64,000 nt of DNA from Actinomycetota bacterium (lineage in GTDB: Bacteria; Actinomycetota; UBA4738; HRBIN12): positions 52,833-116,832 of the forward strand of contig JBKPKU010000054.1 in assembly GCA_046731295.1 (NCBI GenBank). The letters run 5' to 3'. Positions 8,485 through 19,800 of the stretch are shown here, one piece after another. Position numbers and translations under genes: made by a program. Below the pieces are notes generated by a model. The model was not told the DNA's origin. It did no database searches and saw only the letters and a list, made by a program, of their open reading frames with translations. Every line of letters begins with the position of its first letter. The stretch's first letter is position 1.

Positions 8485-8823
8485 ATGCGCTACGAGTTCG
8501 AGCGGGACGGACGGATGGTGGCCAGCGTGCTGTGGGAGGGTCCCGGCCAGGTCACGGTCGACGTGGCCGACCCGGCCGACCGGCCGCAGTTCGACCGGTT
8601 CTTCGGCGAGGAGGTCGCCTACCTGGACGCCGGGGTCGACTTCGGCGGCGGCATGGACGAGGGCGGCATGACCACGCGCCGCCGCGACTGGACGCCGTGG
8701 GAGTTCGAGCGGGCGGCGCAGAGCCTGGCCCACACGCTGGGGTGCCGCCTGCACCGGGTCGAGACCGGGCCGGTCGAGGAGCGCGCCGCGGTCGCCGGCC
8801 GCGCGGAGGTCGCCGCTACATGA
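8485..8823 (+). CDS. Hypothetical acidic protein (112 aa), first cistron of the ilv operon
   Basis: Strong RBS GAGAGGAGAT 6 nt upstream of the ATG. Its stop overlaps the ilvB start (ATGA). No recognisable domain ([50 protein letters not shown]...). Confidence 0.6.
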   Translation: MRYEFERDGRMVASVLWEGPGQVTVDVADPADRPQFDRFFGEEVAYLDAGVDFGGGMDEGGMTTRRRDWTPWEFERAAQSLAHTLGCRLHRVETGPVEERAAVAGRAEVAAT

Positions 8824-10568
8824 GGGTCACCGGCGCGCAGGCGCTGTTCCGGGCCCTCGAGGGCGAGGGCGTCGATCTCGCGTTCGGCATCCCTGGCGGG
8901 GCGATCCTGCCCGCCTACGACCCGCTGATCGACTCGAGGGTCCGCCACGTCCTGTGCCGCCACGAGCAGGGCGCGGGCCACGCGGCCGAGGGCTACGCGT
9001 GGGCCACGGGCAAGGTGGGCGTCGCCATCGCGACGTCGGGCCCCGGGGGCTGCAACCTGGTCACGGCGCTCGCGGACGCCAAGATGGACTCGGTGCCGAT
9101 GGTCGCGATCACCGGCCAGGTCCCGACCCCGGTGGTCGGCAACGACGCGTTCCAGGAGGCGGACATCACCGGCATCACGATGCCGATCACCAAGCACAAC
9201 TTCCTGGTCAAGGACGCGAACGAGGTCGCCGAGACGATCCGGGAGGCGTTCCACATCGCGCGGACCGGCCGGCCCGGCCCAGTCCTGGTCGACATCCCCA
9301 AGGACGTGCAGCTGCAGGAGATCACCTGGCGTTGGCCCGAGGGTGTCGACCTGCCCGGCTACCGCCCGACCACCAAGGGAAACCTGAAACAGGTCCGCAC
9401 GGCCGCGACGATGATCATGGAGTCCGAGCGCCCCGTCTTGTACGTGGGCGGGGGCGTCATCAAGGCGGACGCGAGCAAGGAGCTGTTCCAGCTCGCCACC
9501 GACGGTGCGTTGCCGGTCACGACGACGCTCATGGCGCGCGGCGCGTTCCCCGACACGCACGAGCTCGCGCTCGGGATGCCGGGGATGCACGGGGCCTACA
9601 CGGCGGTCACCGCGATGCAGAGGGCCGACCTGCTGGTCGCGCTCGGCGCGCGGTTCGACGACCGGGTGACCGGACAGCTGTCCTCGTTCGCGCCGGACGC
9701 CAGGATCGTGCACGTCGACGTCGACCCGGCCGAGATCGGCAAGAACCGCGCCGCCGATGTCCCGATCGTGGGCGACTGCAAGGACGTGATCGCCAAGCTC
9801 CACACCGAGCTCGGGCGCCTGCAGGGCGAGGCGGGGGGCGTCCCCGACCGGACCGCATGGCTGCGCCAGATCGACGAGTGGCGGACCGCGCACCCGTACG
9901 CCTACGACCAGCCCGCGGACGGTCCCCTCAAGCCCCAGTACTGCATCGAGCGGCTGTACGAACACACCAAGGGCGACGCGATCGTGGTGGCCGGCGTCGG
10001 GCAACACCAGATGTGGGCGTCGCAGTTCTGGAAGTTCACCGAGCCCCGGACGTGGGTGAACTCGGGCGGGCTCGGGACGATGGGGTTCGCGGTGCCGGCG
10101 GCGCTCGGCGCCAAGGCCGGCAACCCGGACCGGCGCGTGATCGCGATCGACGGCGACGGGTGTTTCCAGATGACGAACCAGGAGCTCGCGACCTCGACGG
10201 CCGAGGGCATCCCATTCGTCACCGCCATCATCAACAACGCGCACCTCGGGATGGTCCGGCAGTGGCAGGAGCTCTTCTACGAGGAGCGCTACTCGCAGGT
10301 CTACCTGTCCTACGACGTCCCGGACTACGTGAAGCTCGCCGAGGCGTACGGGTGTGTGGGCCTTCGGGCCGAGCACCCCGACGAGGTGGACGCCGTGATC
10401 GACAAGGCACTGTCGATCGAGGATCGAAGCGTCGTCATCGACTTCCGGGTGGATTCGAAGGAGATGTGCTTCCCGATGGTCCCGGCCGGGGCGAGCAACG
10501 ACGACATCATCGCCGGCCCCGAGGGCCTTCGGCCCGTGGACGACCCGGCGGAAGCTCCGGTCGCATGA
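8820..10568 (+). CDS. ilvB: Acetolactate synthase (acetohydroxyacid synthase) large subunit
   Basis: ThDP-enzyme motifs ([41 protein letters not shown]). Start chosen at [10 protein letters not shown]; the upstream 96 Arg/Gly codons were rejected. Confidence 0.9.
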   Translation: MRVTGAQALFRALEGEGVDLAFGIPGGAILPAYDPLIDSRVRHVLCRHEQGAGHAAEGYAWATGKVGVAIATSGPGGCNLVTALADAKMDSVPMVAITGQVPTPVVGNDAFQEADITGITMPITKHNFLVKDANEVAETIREAFHIARTGRPGPVLVDIPKDVQLQEITWRWPEGVDLPGYRPTTKGNLKQVRTAATMIMESERPVLYVGGGVIKADASKELFQLATDGALPVTTTLMARGAFPDTHELALGMPGMHGAYTAVTAMQRADLLVALGARFDDRVTGQLSSFAPDARIVHVDVDPAEIGKNRAADVPIVGDCKDVIAKLHTELGRLQGEAGGVPDRTAWLRQIDEWRTAHPYAYDQPADGPLKPQYCIERLYEHTKGDAIVVAGVGQHQMWASQFWKFTEPRTWVNSGGLGTMGFAVPAALGAKAGNPDRRVIAIDGDGCFQMTNQELATSTAEGIPFVTAIINNAHLGMVRQWQELFYEERYSQVYLSYDVPDYVKLAEAYGCVGLRAEHPDEVDAVIDKALSIEDRSVVIDFRVDSKEMCFPMVPAGASNDDIIAGPEGLRPVDDPAEAPVA

Positions 10569-11119
10569 GCCTGCACACGATCTCGGTGCTGGTCGAGGAC
10601 AAGCCCGGCGTGCTCACGCGCGTGGCCGGGCTGTTCGCCGCCCGCGGCTTCAACATCGACTCGCTCGCGGTCGGACCCACCAACGGCGAGGGCCAGTCGC
10701 GCATGACGATCGTCGTGCACGTGGACACCAAGCCCCTCGAACAGATCACCAAGCAGCTCAACAAGCTGGTGAACGTCATCAAGATCCTCGAGCACGAGCC
10801 CGGCGACGCCGTCGAACGCGAGCTGATGCTCGTGAAGGTGCGCGCGAGCGGCGACGACCGGCATCGCGCGATGGAGATCGCCAACGTGTTCCGGGCCACG
10901 GTGGTGGACGTCACCCGTTCCACGCTCACGCTCGAGGCCACCGGCAAGCCGGAGAAGCTCGAGGCCCTCCTGCAGCTGCTCGGCGACTTCGGCGTGATCG
11001 AGCTCTCGCGCACCGGGCGCATCGCGCTCGCGCGCGGGGACCGAGGGATCAGGGAGAAGGGGTCCAAGCGCAGGGCGCTCGCGGCCGTGGCCGACGAGTA
11101 CACCGGCGGCAGCGTCTGA
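10565..11119 (+). CDS. ilvN: Acetolactate synthase small (regulatory) subunit, ACT domain
   Basis: [37 protein letters not shown] signature; ATGA overlap with ilvB. Confidence 0.9.
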   Translation: MSLHTISVLVEDKPGVLTRVAGLFAARGFNIDSLAVGPTNGEGQSRMTIVVHVDTKPLEQITKQLNKLVNVIKILEHEPGDAVERELMLVKVRASGDDRHRAMEIANVFRATVVDVTRSTLTLEATGKPEKLEALLQLLGDFGVIELSRTGRIALARGDRGIREKGSKRRALAAVADEYTGGSV

Positions 11120-11150
11120 CCTTCACGCGATCCGGAAAGGCGGGAGCTGG

Positions 11151-12170
11151 ATGGCCACGATCTACCACGACCAGGACGCGGACCCCTCGGCGCTTGCGGG
11201 GCAACGGATCGCGGTGCTGGGGTTCGGAAGCCAGGGGCACGCGCACGCCCAGAACCTGCGAGACTCCGGGCACGACGTGCGGGTGGGCCTGCGCGAGGGT
11301 TCGGCGTCGTGGTCCCGGGTCGAGGAGGCGGGCCTGCCGGTGAAGGCGACGGCCGAGGCCGTCGCCGAGGCCGACGCCGTGATGGTCGTCCTGCCCGACA
11401 CCGCACACGGGGCCGTCTACGCCAGGGACATCGGGCCGAACCTTTCCGCGGGCAACATGCTGATGTTCGCGCACGGCTTCTCGATCCACTTCGGCACGGT
11501 CAAGCCGCCCGCCGACGTCGACGTCACGATGATCGCCCCCAAGGGCCCCGGTCACCTCGTGAGGCGCACGTACGAGGAGGGGATCGGCACCCCGGCGCTG
11601 ATCGCCGTCCAGCAAGACGCGACCGGCACGGCGCTGCAACGTGCGCTCGCCTACGGCGCCGGGATCGGAGCCGCCCGCGCCGGCATCATCGAGACGACGT
11701 TCAAGGAGGAGACCGAGACCGACCTGTTCGGCGAGCAGTCCGTGCTGTGCGGCGGGATCTCGACGCTGGTGGAGGCGGGGTTCGAGACGCTGGTGCGCGC
11801 CGGTTACCAGCCGGAGATCGCCTACTTCGAGTGTCTGCACGAGCTCAAGCTCATCATCGACCTCATCTATGAGGGCGGCCTGTCGTGGATGCGCTACTCG
11901 ATCTCGGACACCGCCGAATGGGGCGACTACATGAGCGGTCCCCGCGTCGTGGACGAGGGCGTTCGCGAACGCATGCGCCAGGTCCTGGCCGAGATCCAGG
12001 ACGGCACGTTCGCGGAGGAGTGGCTGGGGGAGGCCGAGGCCGGCTTCCCCCACTTCCTCGCGATGCGCCGCGAGGCCCGCGGCTCCGAGCTGGAGCGCGT
12101 GGGCCGCGAGCTGCGTCCGATGATGCCGTGGTTGCATTCCGACGAGAAGGTGATCCCCGATGACCACTAG
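11151..12170 (+). CDS. ilvC: Ketol-acid reductoisomerase (class I, ~340 aa)
   Basis: [24 protein letters not shown]-binding motif, conserved IlvC body, 339 aa. Confidence 0.9.
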   Translation: MATIYHDQDADPSALAGQRIAVLGFGSQGHAHAQNLRDSGHDVRVGLREGSASWSRVEEAGLPVKATAEAVAEADAVMVVLPDTAHGAVYARDIGPNLSAGNMLMFAHGFSIHFGTVKPPADVDVTMIAPKGPGHLVRRTYEEGIGTPALIAVQQDATGTALQRALAYGAGIGAARAGIIETTFKEETETDLFGEQSVLCGGISTLVEAGFETLVRAGYQPEIAYFECLHELKLIIDLIYEGGLSWMRYSISDTAEWGDYMSGPRVVDEGVRERMRQVLAEIQDGTFAEEWLGEAEAGFPHFLAMRREARGSELERVGRELRPMMPWLHSDEKVIPDDH

Positions 12171-13710
12171 CAACGACCCCGACGTAGTACGGATCTTCGA
12201 CACCACCCTCCGCGACGGCGAGCAGGCCCCCGGGATCGCGCTCACCCGGGCCGAGAAGGTCGAGATCGCGGAGCAGCTGGCCCGCCTCGGCGTCGACGTG
12301 CTCGAGGCGGGCTTTCCGGTCTCCAGCGACGGCGAGTTCGAGGCCGTGCGCGAGATCGCCGCGAGCGTTCGCGGCCCGGTGATCGCGGCGCTCGCTCGCG
12401 TCGTACCCGGCGACATCACGCGCGCCGCCGAGGCGCTCGACGGCGCCGAGCGCTGGCGGATCCACACGTTCATCTCCACCAGCGACATCCACATGACGGA
12501 CATGCTGCGGATGAGCCAGGGCCAGGTCCTGGACGCGATCCGCGACGGCGTCAAGCTCGCCGTCGGGTACACCGACGACGTCGAGTTCAGTGCGCAGGAC
12601 GCCACCCGGACCGAGCTCGAGTTCCTGCTCGAGTGCTTCCGGGTCGCCGTGGAGGCGGGCGCCATCACGATCAACGTGCCCGACACCGTCGGCTATGCGA
12701 TGCCGCACGAGTTCGGCGAGCTCGTCCGGACCGTCCGCGAGGCGGTGCCCGACCACGTCGTGATCTCGACGCACTGCCACAACGACCTCGGCCTCGCGGT
12801 CGCGAACTCGCTGGCCGCCATCGTGAACGGCGCGCGCCAGGTCGAGGTGGCCGTGAACGGGATCGGGGAGCGGGCCGGCAACTGCTCGCTCGAGGAGGTC
12901 GCGATGATCGTGCGGACGCGCAGCGAGGCACTCGGCGTCCGGCACGGCCTGAACCTGAAGGAGATCACGCGCACCTCGCGCCTGGTCAGCATGACCACGG
13001 GGTACGGCGTGCAGCCCAACAAGGCCGTGGTGGGCGCGTCCGCGTTCGCGCACGAGAGCGGGATCCACCAGCACGGCGTGCTCTCCAACCGGGCGACCTA
13101 CGAGATCATGGACCCGCTCGAGATCGGCCTGGAGGGCAACCGCCTCGTCCTGGGCAAGCACTCGGGCCGCCACGCGTTCGCCGACGCCCTGGACAAGCTC
13201 GGGATCGAGCTCGACGAGGATCACCTGAACCGCGCATTCGCACGCTTCAAGGAGCTCGCCGACCGCAAGATCCAGCTCACCGATCAGGACCTCGCGGCGA
13301 TCGTGTCCGAGGAGCTCGGCGCGGCGGCCGAGGACGTGTTCGTCCTGGAGGCCTTGCAGGTCGGTGGCGGGACGCTGCTCTCCCCGACGGCCAGCGTTCG
13401 GCTCCGCAAGGGCGACGAGATCGTCGAGGAGTCGGCGATGGGCGACGGGATGATCGACGCGGCGATGGGCGCGATCCAGCGCGCCTCGGGCGTCGAGGGG
13501 CGACTCGTCTCGTTCAACGTCTCCGCCGTGACCGGCGGGACCGACGCGCTGGGCGACGTCGTGGTTCAGCTGGACGCGCTCGGGCGGCGCGTGACCGGGC
13601 GTGGCGTGGCCACCGACGTCGTCGAGGCCAGCGCGCGCGCCTACCTCGCGGCCGTCAACCGGGCGCTCCTGATGTCGAACGGGCACGCCGAGGAGGACGG
13701 CACGCCGTGA
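12160..13710 (+). CDS. leuA: 2-isopropylmalate synthase (long bacterial form with C-terminal LeuA-dimer regulatory domain)
   Basis: [12 protein letters not shown] ... [17 protein letters not shown] ... [11 protein letters not shown] motifs. 516 aa; 11-nt overlap with ilvC. Confidence 0.9.
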   Translation: MTTSNDPDVVRIFDTTLRDGEQAPGIALTRAEKVEIAEQLARLGVDVLEAGFPVSSDGEFEAVREIAASVRGPVIAALARVVPGDITRAAEALDGAERWRIHTFISTSDIHMTDMLRMSQGQVLDAIRDGVKLAVGYTDDVEFSAQDATRTELEFLLECFRVAVEAGAITINVPDTVGYAMPHEFGELVRTVREAVPDHVVISTHCHNDLGLAVANSLAAIVNGARQVEVAVNGIGERAGNCSLEEVAMIVRTRSEALGVRHGLNLKEITRTSRLVSMTTGYGVQPNKAVVGASAFAHESGIHQHGVLSNRATYEIMDPLEIGLEGNRLVLGKHSGRHAFADALDKLGIELDEDHLNRAFARFKELADRKIQLTDQDLAAIVSEELGAAAEDVFVLEALQVGGGTLLSPTASVRLRKGDEIVEESAMGDGMIDAAMGAIQRASGVEGRLVSFNVSAVTGGTDALGDVVVQLDALGRRVTGRGVATDVVEASARAYLAAVNRALLMSNGHAEEDGTP

Positions 13711-14750
13711 CGCACGCGGTCGGTGTGATCCGGGGCGACGGCACGGGTCCCGAGGTCATCGGGCAGGCCCTGCGCGTCCTGGACGCCGTGGCCGTTCCGG
13801 TCGAGCTCGTCGAGTTCGACCTCGGCGCCGAACGCTATCTGCGTACCAGCGAGGTGCTGCCCGACGACGAGCTGGCTCGGCTCCGCGAGATGGACGCGAT
13901 CCTGCTCGGCGCCGTGGGCGACCCCAGGGTCCGGCCCGGCGTGCTCGAACGCGATCTGCTGCTCCGGATCCGGTTCGATCTGGACCAGTACGTGAACCTG
14001 CGGCCGATCGTGCGCTACCCGGGCGTCGAGACCCTGATCCCCAGCCAGACCGAGGACGACGTGAACATGGTGGTTGTGCGGGAGAACTCCGAGGGTCTGT
14101 ACGTCGGCGCGGGAGGCTTCCACCGCAAGGGGACCGAGCACGAGGTGGCCGTCCAGGAGTCGATCAACACGCGGCACGGGGTCGAGCGCATCGTGCGATA
14201 CGCGTTCGAGCTGGCGAGGCGGCCGGAGCGGCGTCGCAAGCTGACGCTGGTCCACAAGACCAACGTGCTCACGTTCGCCGGCGATCTGTACCGGCGGGTC
14301 GTGGAGGAGGTGGGCGTCGCGTATCCCGATGTCGAGCACGACTACGTCCACGTGGACGCCGCGTGCATCTACTTCCTGGATCAGCCGTCGCGGTTCGATG
14401 TGATCGTGACCGACAACATGTTCGGCGACATCATCACGGACCTCGGCGCGATGATCCAGGGCGGGATGGGCATCGCGGCCGGCGGCAACATCAACCCGGC
14501 CGGCACGAGCATGTTCGAGCCGATCGGGGGCACGGCGCCCGACCACGCAGGCAGGGGCACGATCAACCCGCTGGCCGCGATCGGCGCGCTCCAGATGCTC
14601 CTGGCCCAGCTCGGCGAGGCCGACGCGGCCGACCGCGTGACCGCGGGCATCCGCGTCGCGTGCTCGAAGATGTCCTCCATGCGCGCCGGCGAGATGGGGT
14701 ACTCGACGCGGGAGGTCGGCGATCTCGTGCTCGAGGGGGCCACCGCATGA
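13707..14750 (+). CDS. leuB: 3-isopropylmalate dehydrogenase
   Basis: GTG start in a GTGA overlap with leuA; [10 protein letters not shown] ... [19 protein letters not shown] motifs of the isocitrate/isopropylmalate dehydrogenase family. Confidence 0.85.
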   Translation: MTHAVGVIRGDGTGPEVIGQALRVLDAVAVPVELVEFDLGAERYLRTSEVLPDDELARLREMDAILLGAVGDPRVRPGVLERDLLLRIRFDLDQYVNLRPIVRYPGVETLIPSQTEDDVNMVVVRENSEGLYVGAGGFHRKGTEHEVAVQESINTRHGVERIVRYAFELARRPERRRKLTLVHKTNVLTFAGDLYRRVVEEVGVAYPDVEHDYVHVDAACIYFLDQPSRFDVIVTDNMFGDIITDLGAMIQGGMGIAAGGNINPAGTSMFEPIGGTAPDHAGRGTINPLAAIGALQMLLAQLGEADAADRVTAGIRVACSKMSSMRAGEMGYSTREVGDLVLEGATA

Positions 14751-16360
14751 GCGTGGGCGCGGGCCTGCAGGTCGAGCTGTACGACACCACGCTGCGCGAC
14801 GGCGCGCAGGGCGCCGGCGTCTCGTACTCGATCGACGACCGCCTGCGGATCCTGCACAAGCTCGACCAGCTCGGGGTGCCGTTCGTCGAGGGCGGTTGGC
14901 CGGGTGCGAACCCGCGGGAGACCGAGTTCTTCCGGCTGGCGACCGGCGAGACGCTCAAGCACGCGACGCTCACGGCGTTCGGGATGACGCGCAAGGCGGG
15001 GGAGTCGGCGGGCTCGAGCGCCGTGCTCCGCGACCTGCTGGACGCCGGGACGCGGGTCGTGACCCTGGTGGGCAAGGCCTGGGACCTGCACGTCATCGAC
15101 GCGCTTCGGACGACCCTGGACGAGGGCGAGGCCATGGTGCGCGACTCGATCGGCTTCCTGCGCGAGCAGGGCCGGCGGGTCTTCTTCGACGCCGAGCACT
15201 TCTTCGACGGGTACCGCAGCGACCCCGCGTTCGCCCTGCGGATCCTCCGGACCGCCGAGGAGGCGGGCGCCGAGCGGCTGGTCCTGTGCGACACGAACGG
15301 CGGGATGCTGCCCCAGGAGGTGGCGCGCATCGTCGGCGAGGTGCGCCAGAGCGTCCGGCCGCCGCTCGGGATCCACGTCCACAACGATGCCGGCTGCGCG
15401 ATCGCCAACTCACTGATCGCCGTCGAGCACGGTGTTTATCAGGTGCAGGGCGTCGTGAACGGCTATGGGGAGCGGACCGGCAACGCGGACCTGATCCCGA
15501 TCGCCGCCAACCTCGTGCTGAAGATGGGCGCCGAGTGCCTGCCCGACGGGTCGCTCGAGCGGCTCACCGAGGTCGCCCACTACGTGGCCGAGGTCGCCAA
15601 CGTGGCGCCGGACGCGCGGCAGCCGTACGCGGGCCGGTACGCGTTCACGCACAAGGCCGGCCTGCACGCGAGCGGCGTCGAACGCGTCTCGCGCGCGTAC
15701 GAGCACGTCGAGCCCACCACGGTCGGCAACCGGCGCGGGGTGGTGGCCAGCGATCTCGGCGGCGGCGCCACGATCCGGATGAAGGGTCGGGAGTTCGGCG
15801 TCGAGCTCGACGGCGACGCGGTCACGCGCCTGCTGAGCGAGCTCAAGGAGCGCGAGGCCCGCGGCTACACGTTCGAGATCGCCGACGCCTCGCTCGAGCT
15901 GCTCATGCGGCGTGCCGACGGCTGGCGGCAGCCGTTCTTCCAGATCGACAGCTACCGCGTCCACGTCGAGGAGCGCGTCGGCGACGACGAGCCGCCCCTC
16001 GCCGAAGCCACGGTGAAGGTCGTGACGAAGGGCCGCCGGCACATCGAGAGCGCCGAGGGGCACGGCCCCGTGGGGGCCCTCGACAACGCGCTGCGCAAGG
16101 CGCTGGCCAACGACTACCCGGAGCTCGAGCACATCACGCTCGAAGACTTCCGGGTGCGCGTGCTGGACGAGACCCATGGCACAGGTGCGGTAGTCCGCGT
16201 CCTGATCGACACATCGAACGGTCGGCGCGAGTGGACCACCGTCGGCGTGTCCGAGAACATCATCGAGGCCTCCTGGGAGGCGCTCGTCGACGGCTACCTG
16301 TTCGGCCTGATCCACCCGCGCGAGAGCGAGGAGCCGCGAAGCGAGCCCGCGGTACGCTGA
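14747..16360 (+). CDS. cimA: (R)-citramalate synthase-like LeuA-family enzyme with C-terminal regulatory domain
   Basis: Second LeuA-family gene ([45 protein letters not shown]), 537 aa, with the cimA-type architecture. Its ATGA overlaps leuB. A paralogous leuA cannot be excluded. Confidence 0.75.
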   Translation: MSVGAGLQVELYDTTLRDGAQGAGVSYSIDDRLRILHKLDQLGVPFVEGGWPGANPRETEFFRLATGETLKHATLTAFGMTRKAGESAGSSAVLRDLLDAGTRVVTLVGKAWDLHVIDALRTTLDEGEAMVRDSIGFLREQGRRVFFDAEHFFDGYRSDPAFALRILRTAEEAGAERLVLCDTNGGMLPQEVARIVGEVRQSVRPPLGIHVHNDAGCAIANSLIAVEHGVYQVQGVVNGYGERTGNADLIPIAANLVLKMGAECLPDGSLERLTEVAHYVAEVANVAPDARQPYAGRYAFTHKAGLHASGVERVSRAYEHVEPTTVGNRRGVVASDLGGGATIRMKGREFGVELDGDAVTRLLSELKEREARGYTFEIADASLELLMRRADGWRQPFFQIDSYRVHVEERVGDDEPPLAEATVKVVTKGRRHIESAEGHGPVGALDNALRKALANDYPELEHITLEDFRVRVLDETHGTGAVVRVLIDTSNGRREWTTVGVSENIIEASWEALVDGYLFGLIHPRESEEPRSEPAVR

Positions 16361-16365
16361 CCCGG

Positions 16366-16887
16366 ATGCCGCTGCGGATCCGAGAGGCCGTGCCGGCGGA
16401 CGCCCGCGCCATCGCCGAGATCCACGTTCGGTCGTGGCAGGCGGCGTACCGGGGACAGCTCACCGACGACTACCTGGACGGCCTCTCCGTCGAAGACCGA
16501 CTCGAGCAGCACCGTCGGAGCCTCGAGGAGCCGCCGGCCGAGTGGCGGACCTGGGTGGCGCAGGACGGCGAGCAGGTGGCCGGGTTCGCGGTCACCGGAC
16601 CGAGCCAGGACGCCGACGCGACCGAGCGCACCGGAGAGGTGTACGCGATCTACCTGGAGCCGGATCGCGTCGGGACCGGCTCGGGGCGTGCGCTGTTCGA
16701 GCGCGCGGTCGGCGACCTGCGCGAGCGCGGATTCGACGCCGCCACCCTGTGGGTGCTCGAGACCAACGAGCGCGCGCGCCGCTTCTACGAGGTCGCCGGT
16801 TGGGCCGAGGACGGCACCGTCACCAGCGAGCGGGTCGACTGTGAGATGCGTCCGACCGTGCGCTACCGGATCGACCTGACACCCTAG
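16366..16887 (+). CDS. GNAT family N-acetyltransferase
   Basis: 174 aa with a GNAT fold signature (VAGFAVTGP ... RVGTGSGRALFERAV). Its stop overlaps the convergent GGDEF/EAL gene end by 4 nt. Confidence 0.75.
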   Translation: MPLRIREAVPADARAIAEIHVRSWQAAYRGQLTDDYLDGLSVEDRLEQHRRSLEEPPAEWRTWVAQDGEQVAGFAVTGPSQDADATERTGEVYAIYLEPDRVGTGSGRALFERAVGDLRERGFDAATLWVLETNERARRFYEVAGWAEDGTVTSERVDCEMRPTVRYRIDLTP

Positions 16888-19800
16888 GAGGAGAGCTCGG
16901 TCTCCCTCGTGGCCAGGGTCTGGCGCGTCGTGAGCAGGTCGTCCACCCCCGCGAGCGGGAGCGGTTTGGCGAAGTAGAACCCCTGGCCGAGGTCGCAGCG
17001 GAGCGCGAGGAGCTTGTCGAGCTGGTCGGCGTGCTCGATGCCTTCGGCGACCGGACGCAGACGGAGGATCCCCGCGAGCTCGATGATCGCTGCCGTCAAG
17101 GCCGACTCCTCGCCGCCCTCGTCGACGCCGTCCACGAAGGACTTGTCCACCTTGAGGATGTCGACCGGGAACCGGCGGATGTAGTTCAGGCTCGAGTACC
17201 CGGTGCCGAAGTCGTCCACCGCGAGCCGGACGCCGAGCTCCTTCAACTCGGCCAGCCGCTGGATCGACAGGTCCATGTCCTGCATCATCACGGACTCGGT
17301 GATCTCCAGGATCAGGCTGTGCGGGTGCAGCTCGGCCTCCTGCAGGGTCTCCGCGATCTCGCCGACGATCTCGGGACGCTGCAGCTGTCGCGCCGACAGG
17401 TTGACCGCCATGTGCGACGGCGGCGACAGCGCGAAGCGCTCCTGGAGACGGCGGGCCTGCATACACGCCTCTCGCAACACCCATCGGCCGATCGGCACGA
17501 TGAGCCCGGTCTCCTCGGCGAGGGGGATGAAGTCGAGCGGGGCGACCAGGCCGCGTTGCGGATGCTGCCACCGGATCAGCGCCTCGAGGCCCTCGATGCG
17601 ACCGGTCTCGAGCTCGATCACCGGCTGGTAGTGCAGGACGAACTCGTCGTTGTCGACGGCGCGCTGCAGGTCGGCCTTGAGCTCGAGGCGCAGAAGGGCC
17701 GTGTCGTGCATCGCCGGTTCGAACACCTGGTAGCGGCCCTTGCCCGCCTCCTTCGCCATGTACATCGCGACGTCGGCGTTGCGCAAGAGCTCCTCGGCGC
17801 CCTCGGGTCCGCCGGTGCGCGCATCGGCGCTGGCGATACCGATCGAGGCCCGGACGAACACCTCCTTGCCCTCGAGGTGGAACGGCGCCTCGAGCGACGC
17901 GAGGATCCTCGCCGCGACCTCGGCGGCGTCCACGCCGTCCCCGCCGTCTTCGAGCAGGATGGCGAACTCGTCGCCGCCCAGCCGCGCGGCCGTGTCGGCC
18001 TGGCGCAGGGACTGCTTGAGCCGTTCGCCCACCTCGCCGAGCAGGCGATCGCCGGCCGCGTGACCGAGCGAGTCGTTGATCGTCTTGAAGTCGTCCAGGT
18101 CCATGAACAGGATCGAGACAGGCAAGCTGTCGCGCGCCTGCCGCTCGATCATGTGCTCGACGCGGTCCTTGAACAGAGCCCGGTTCGCGAGACCGGTGAC
18201 GGCGTCGTGGAACGCCTGATGCGCGAGTTGCTCCTCGAACGCCTTGCGTTCGGAGACGTCGCGAGTGTTGAGGACGATGCCCTTGACGTTCTCGTCGTTC
18301 ATCAGGTTCGTGCGAAGTGCCTCTACGTTGAGCCAGAAGTCGTCGCGGTGCTTCATCCGGAACTCGGTCAGGCCCGGATGCCCGTCGCCCTCGACGCCGC
18401 CCGAGGTGAGGAACTGCAGCACGTTCGTCCGGTCGTCGGGATGGATCAGGACGGTCAGCTTGGTGCCCTCGAGCTCGGCAGCCTCGTGGCCAAGGACCCG
18501 CTCGACCGAGGGGCTGATGTATCGGATCGTGGAGTCGGCCTCGACGACCATGACGACGTCGGAGGAGTTCTGGACCAACGAGGAGAACCGCGCTTCGCTC
18601 TGGCGGATCAGCAGCGCCTCGGTGGTGAGCGCGCTGTCGAGCGCCAGCGCCACCTGCGAGGACAGCGCCTCGAGCGATTCCCTGGTCGCGCGCGGAACGG
18701 TGTCCGGCGCGGCCAGGACCAACAGCCCCTGGAGCTCCTCCTTCATGAACAGCGGGGCACGCAGGAGAAAGGTCGCGTTCTCCGGCATCCCGAGCGACCA
18801 CGCGAGCTCGGCCTCGGCGGCCGGAACCTCGTAGGAGCGATGCGACTGGAGACGGTCGCGCTTCCACTGCGGAAGGACCGAGAGGGAGACCGTCGTGCCT
18901 TCGACGCCGACGTCACCACCCGCCGCCGCGACGACCCTGAACCGGTCTCGGTCGTCCTCGGTGGCGACGAGCAGTCGCAGGCCGGCGTGGTCCCCGATCA
19001 GAGAGCGGGCCGCCTGCAGCGTGGCCGTGTAGATGCTCTCGCGGCTGGTCGCGGTCACCAGCGCCGCGCCGGCGTTGCGCAGAGCCTTCTCGCGGAACGC
19101 GGACTGCTCCTGCCGTCGAACCAGTCCGGACATCCGCACGACCACCAGGATGAACAGCGCGACCGAGGCGCCGATCAGCACGGGCATGTCGACCGCGTCC
19201 GCGCGGCTGAGCTGGATCAGCATCACGCCGGGGGCGATCAGCGATGCGCTCGCGAGGACCAGCAGCCGCCTCTTGGACATCCGTGGCTCGGCCTCGGGCG
19301 CCTTGTCCGAGACACCCCGCATCGACGGATGCAGCGCCGCCGCTCCCCACAGCAGGTAGAACATCCCCCAGCCGACCTCGAGGTACCCCGACTGGTCGTA
19401 CACGGCTCCCGTGACCGAGATGTACGTGTACACGGTGTCGGTCAGGAACAGGGCCATGGCCGCCGTCCCCATCAGATACATGGACGGGGCCGGTTTGCCG
19501 GCACCCATCGCCAGCCGGACGACGGCGGTCAGCAGGATCAGGTCCATGAACGGGTAGGCCATCCCCACCAGCTTCTGCAGGACGGTCGACGCCGAGTCGT
19601 GGGCGACCGGCGACATCAGGAACACCCACTGCATGGTCCCGACGCCGATCGCGACGATCAGGGAGTCGACGACGCTGTCGCGGTCGCGGCCGGGGGTGCG
19701 TCGCCGGATGAGCATGAGGAGCCCGCCCACCAGGCAGGCGTAGACGAGCAGATAGGTGACGTCGCCGATCGACGGGTATGGGAGCTCGGTGCCGAAGAGC

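Noticed and set aside
8532-8819. 96-codon N-terminal extension of ilvB and the 462-aa ORF 7435-8823
   Set aside because: The extension is Arg/Gly-rich and overlaps the well-supported 112-aa gene in another frame. The conserved AHAS N-terminus begins at [10 protein letters not shown] with an ATGA coupling.
8619-13686. Long minus-strand ORFs (8619-10376, 11049-12686, 11863-13686) opposite ilvB/ilvC/leuA
   Set aside because: Antisense to strongly supported biosynthetic genes. Products are low-complexity (R/G/D/P-rich) with no family resemblance.
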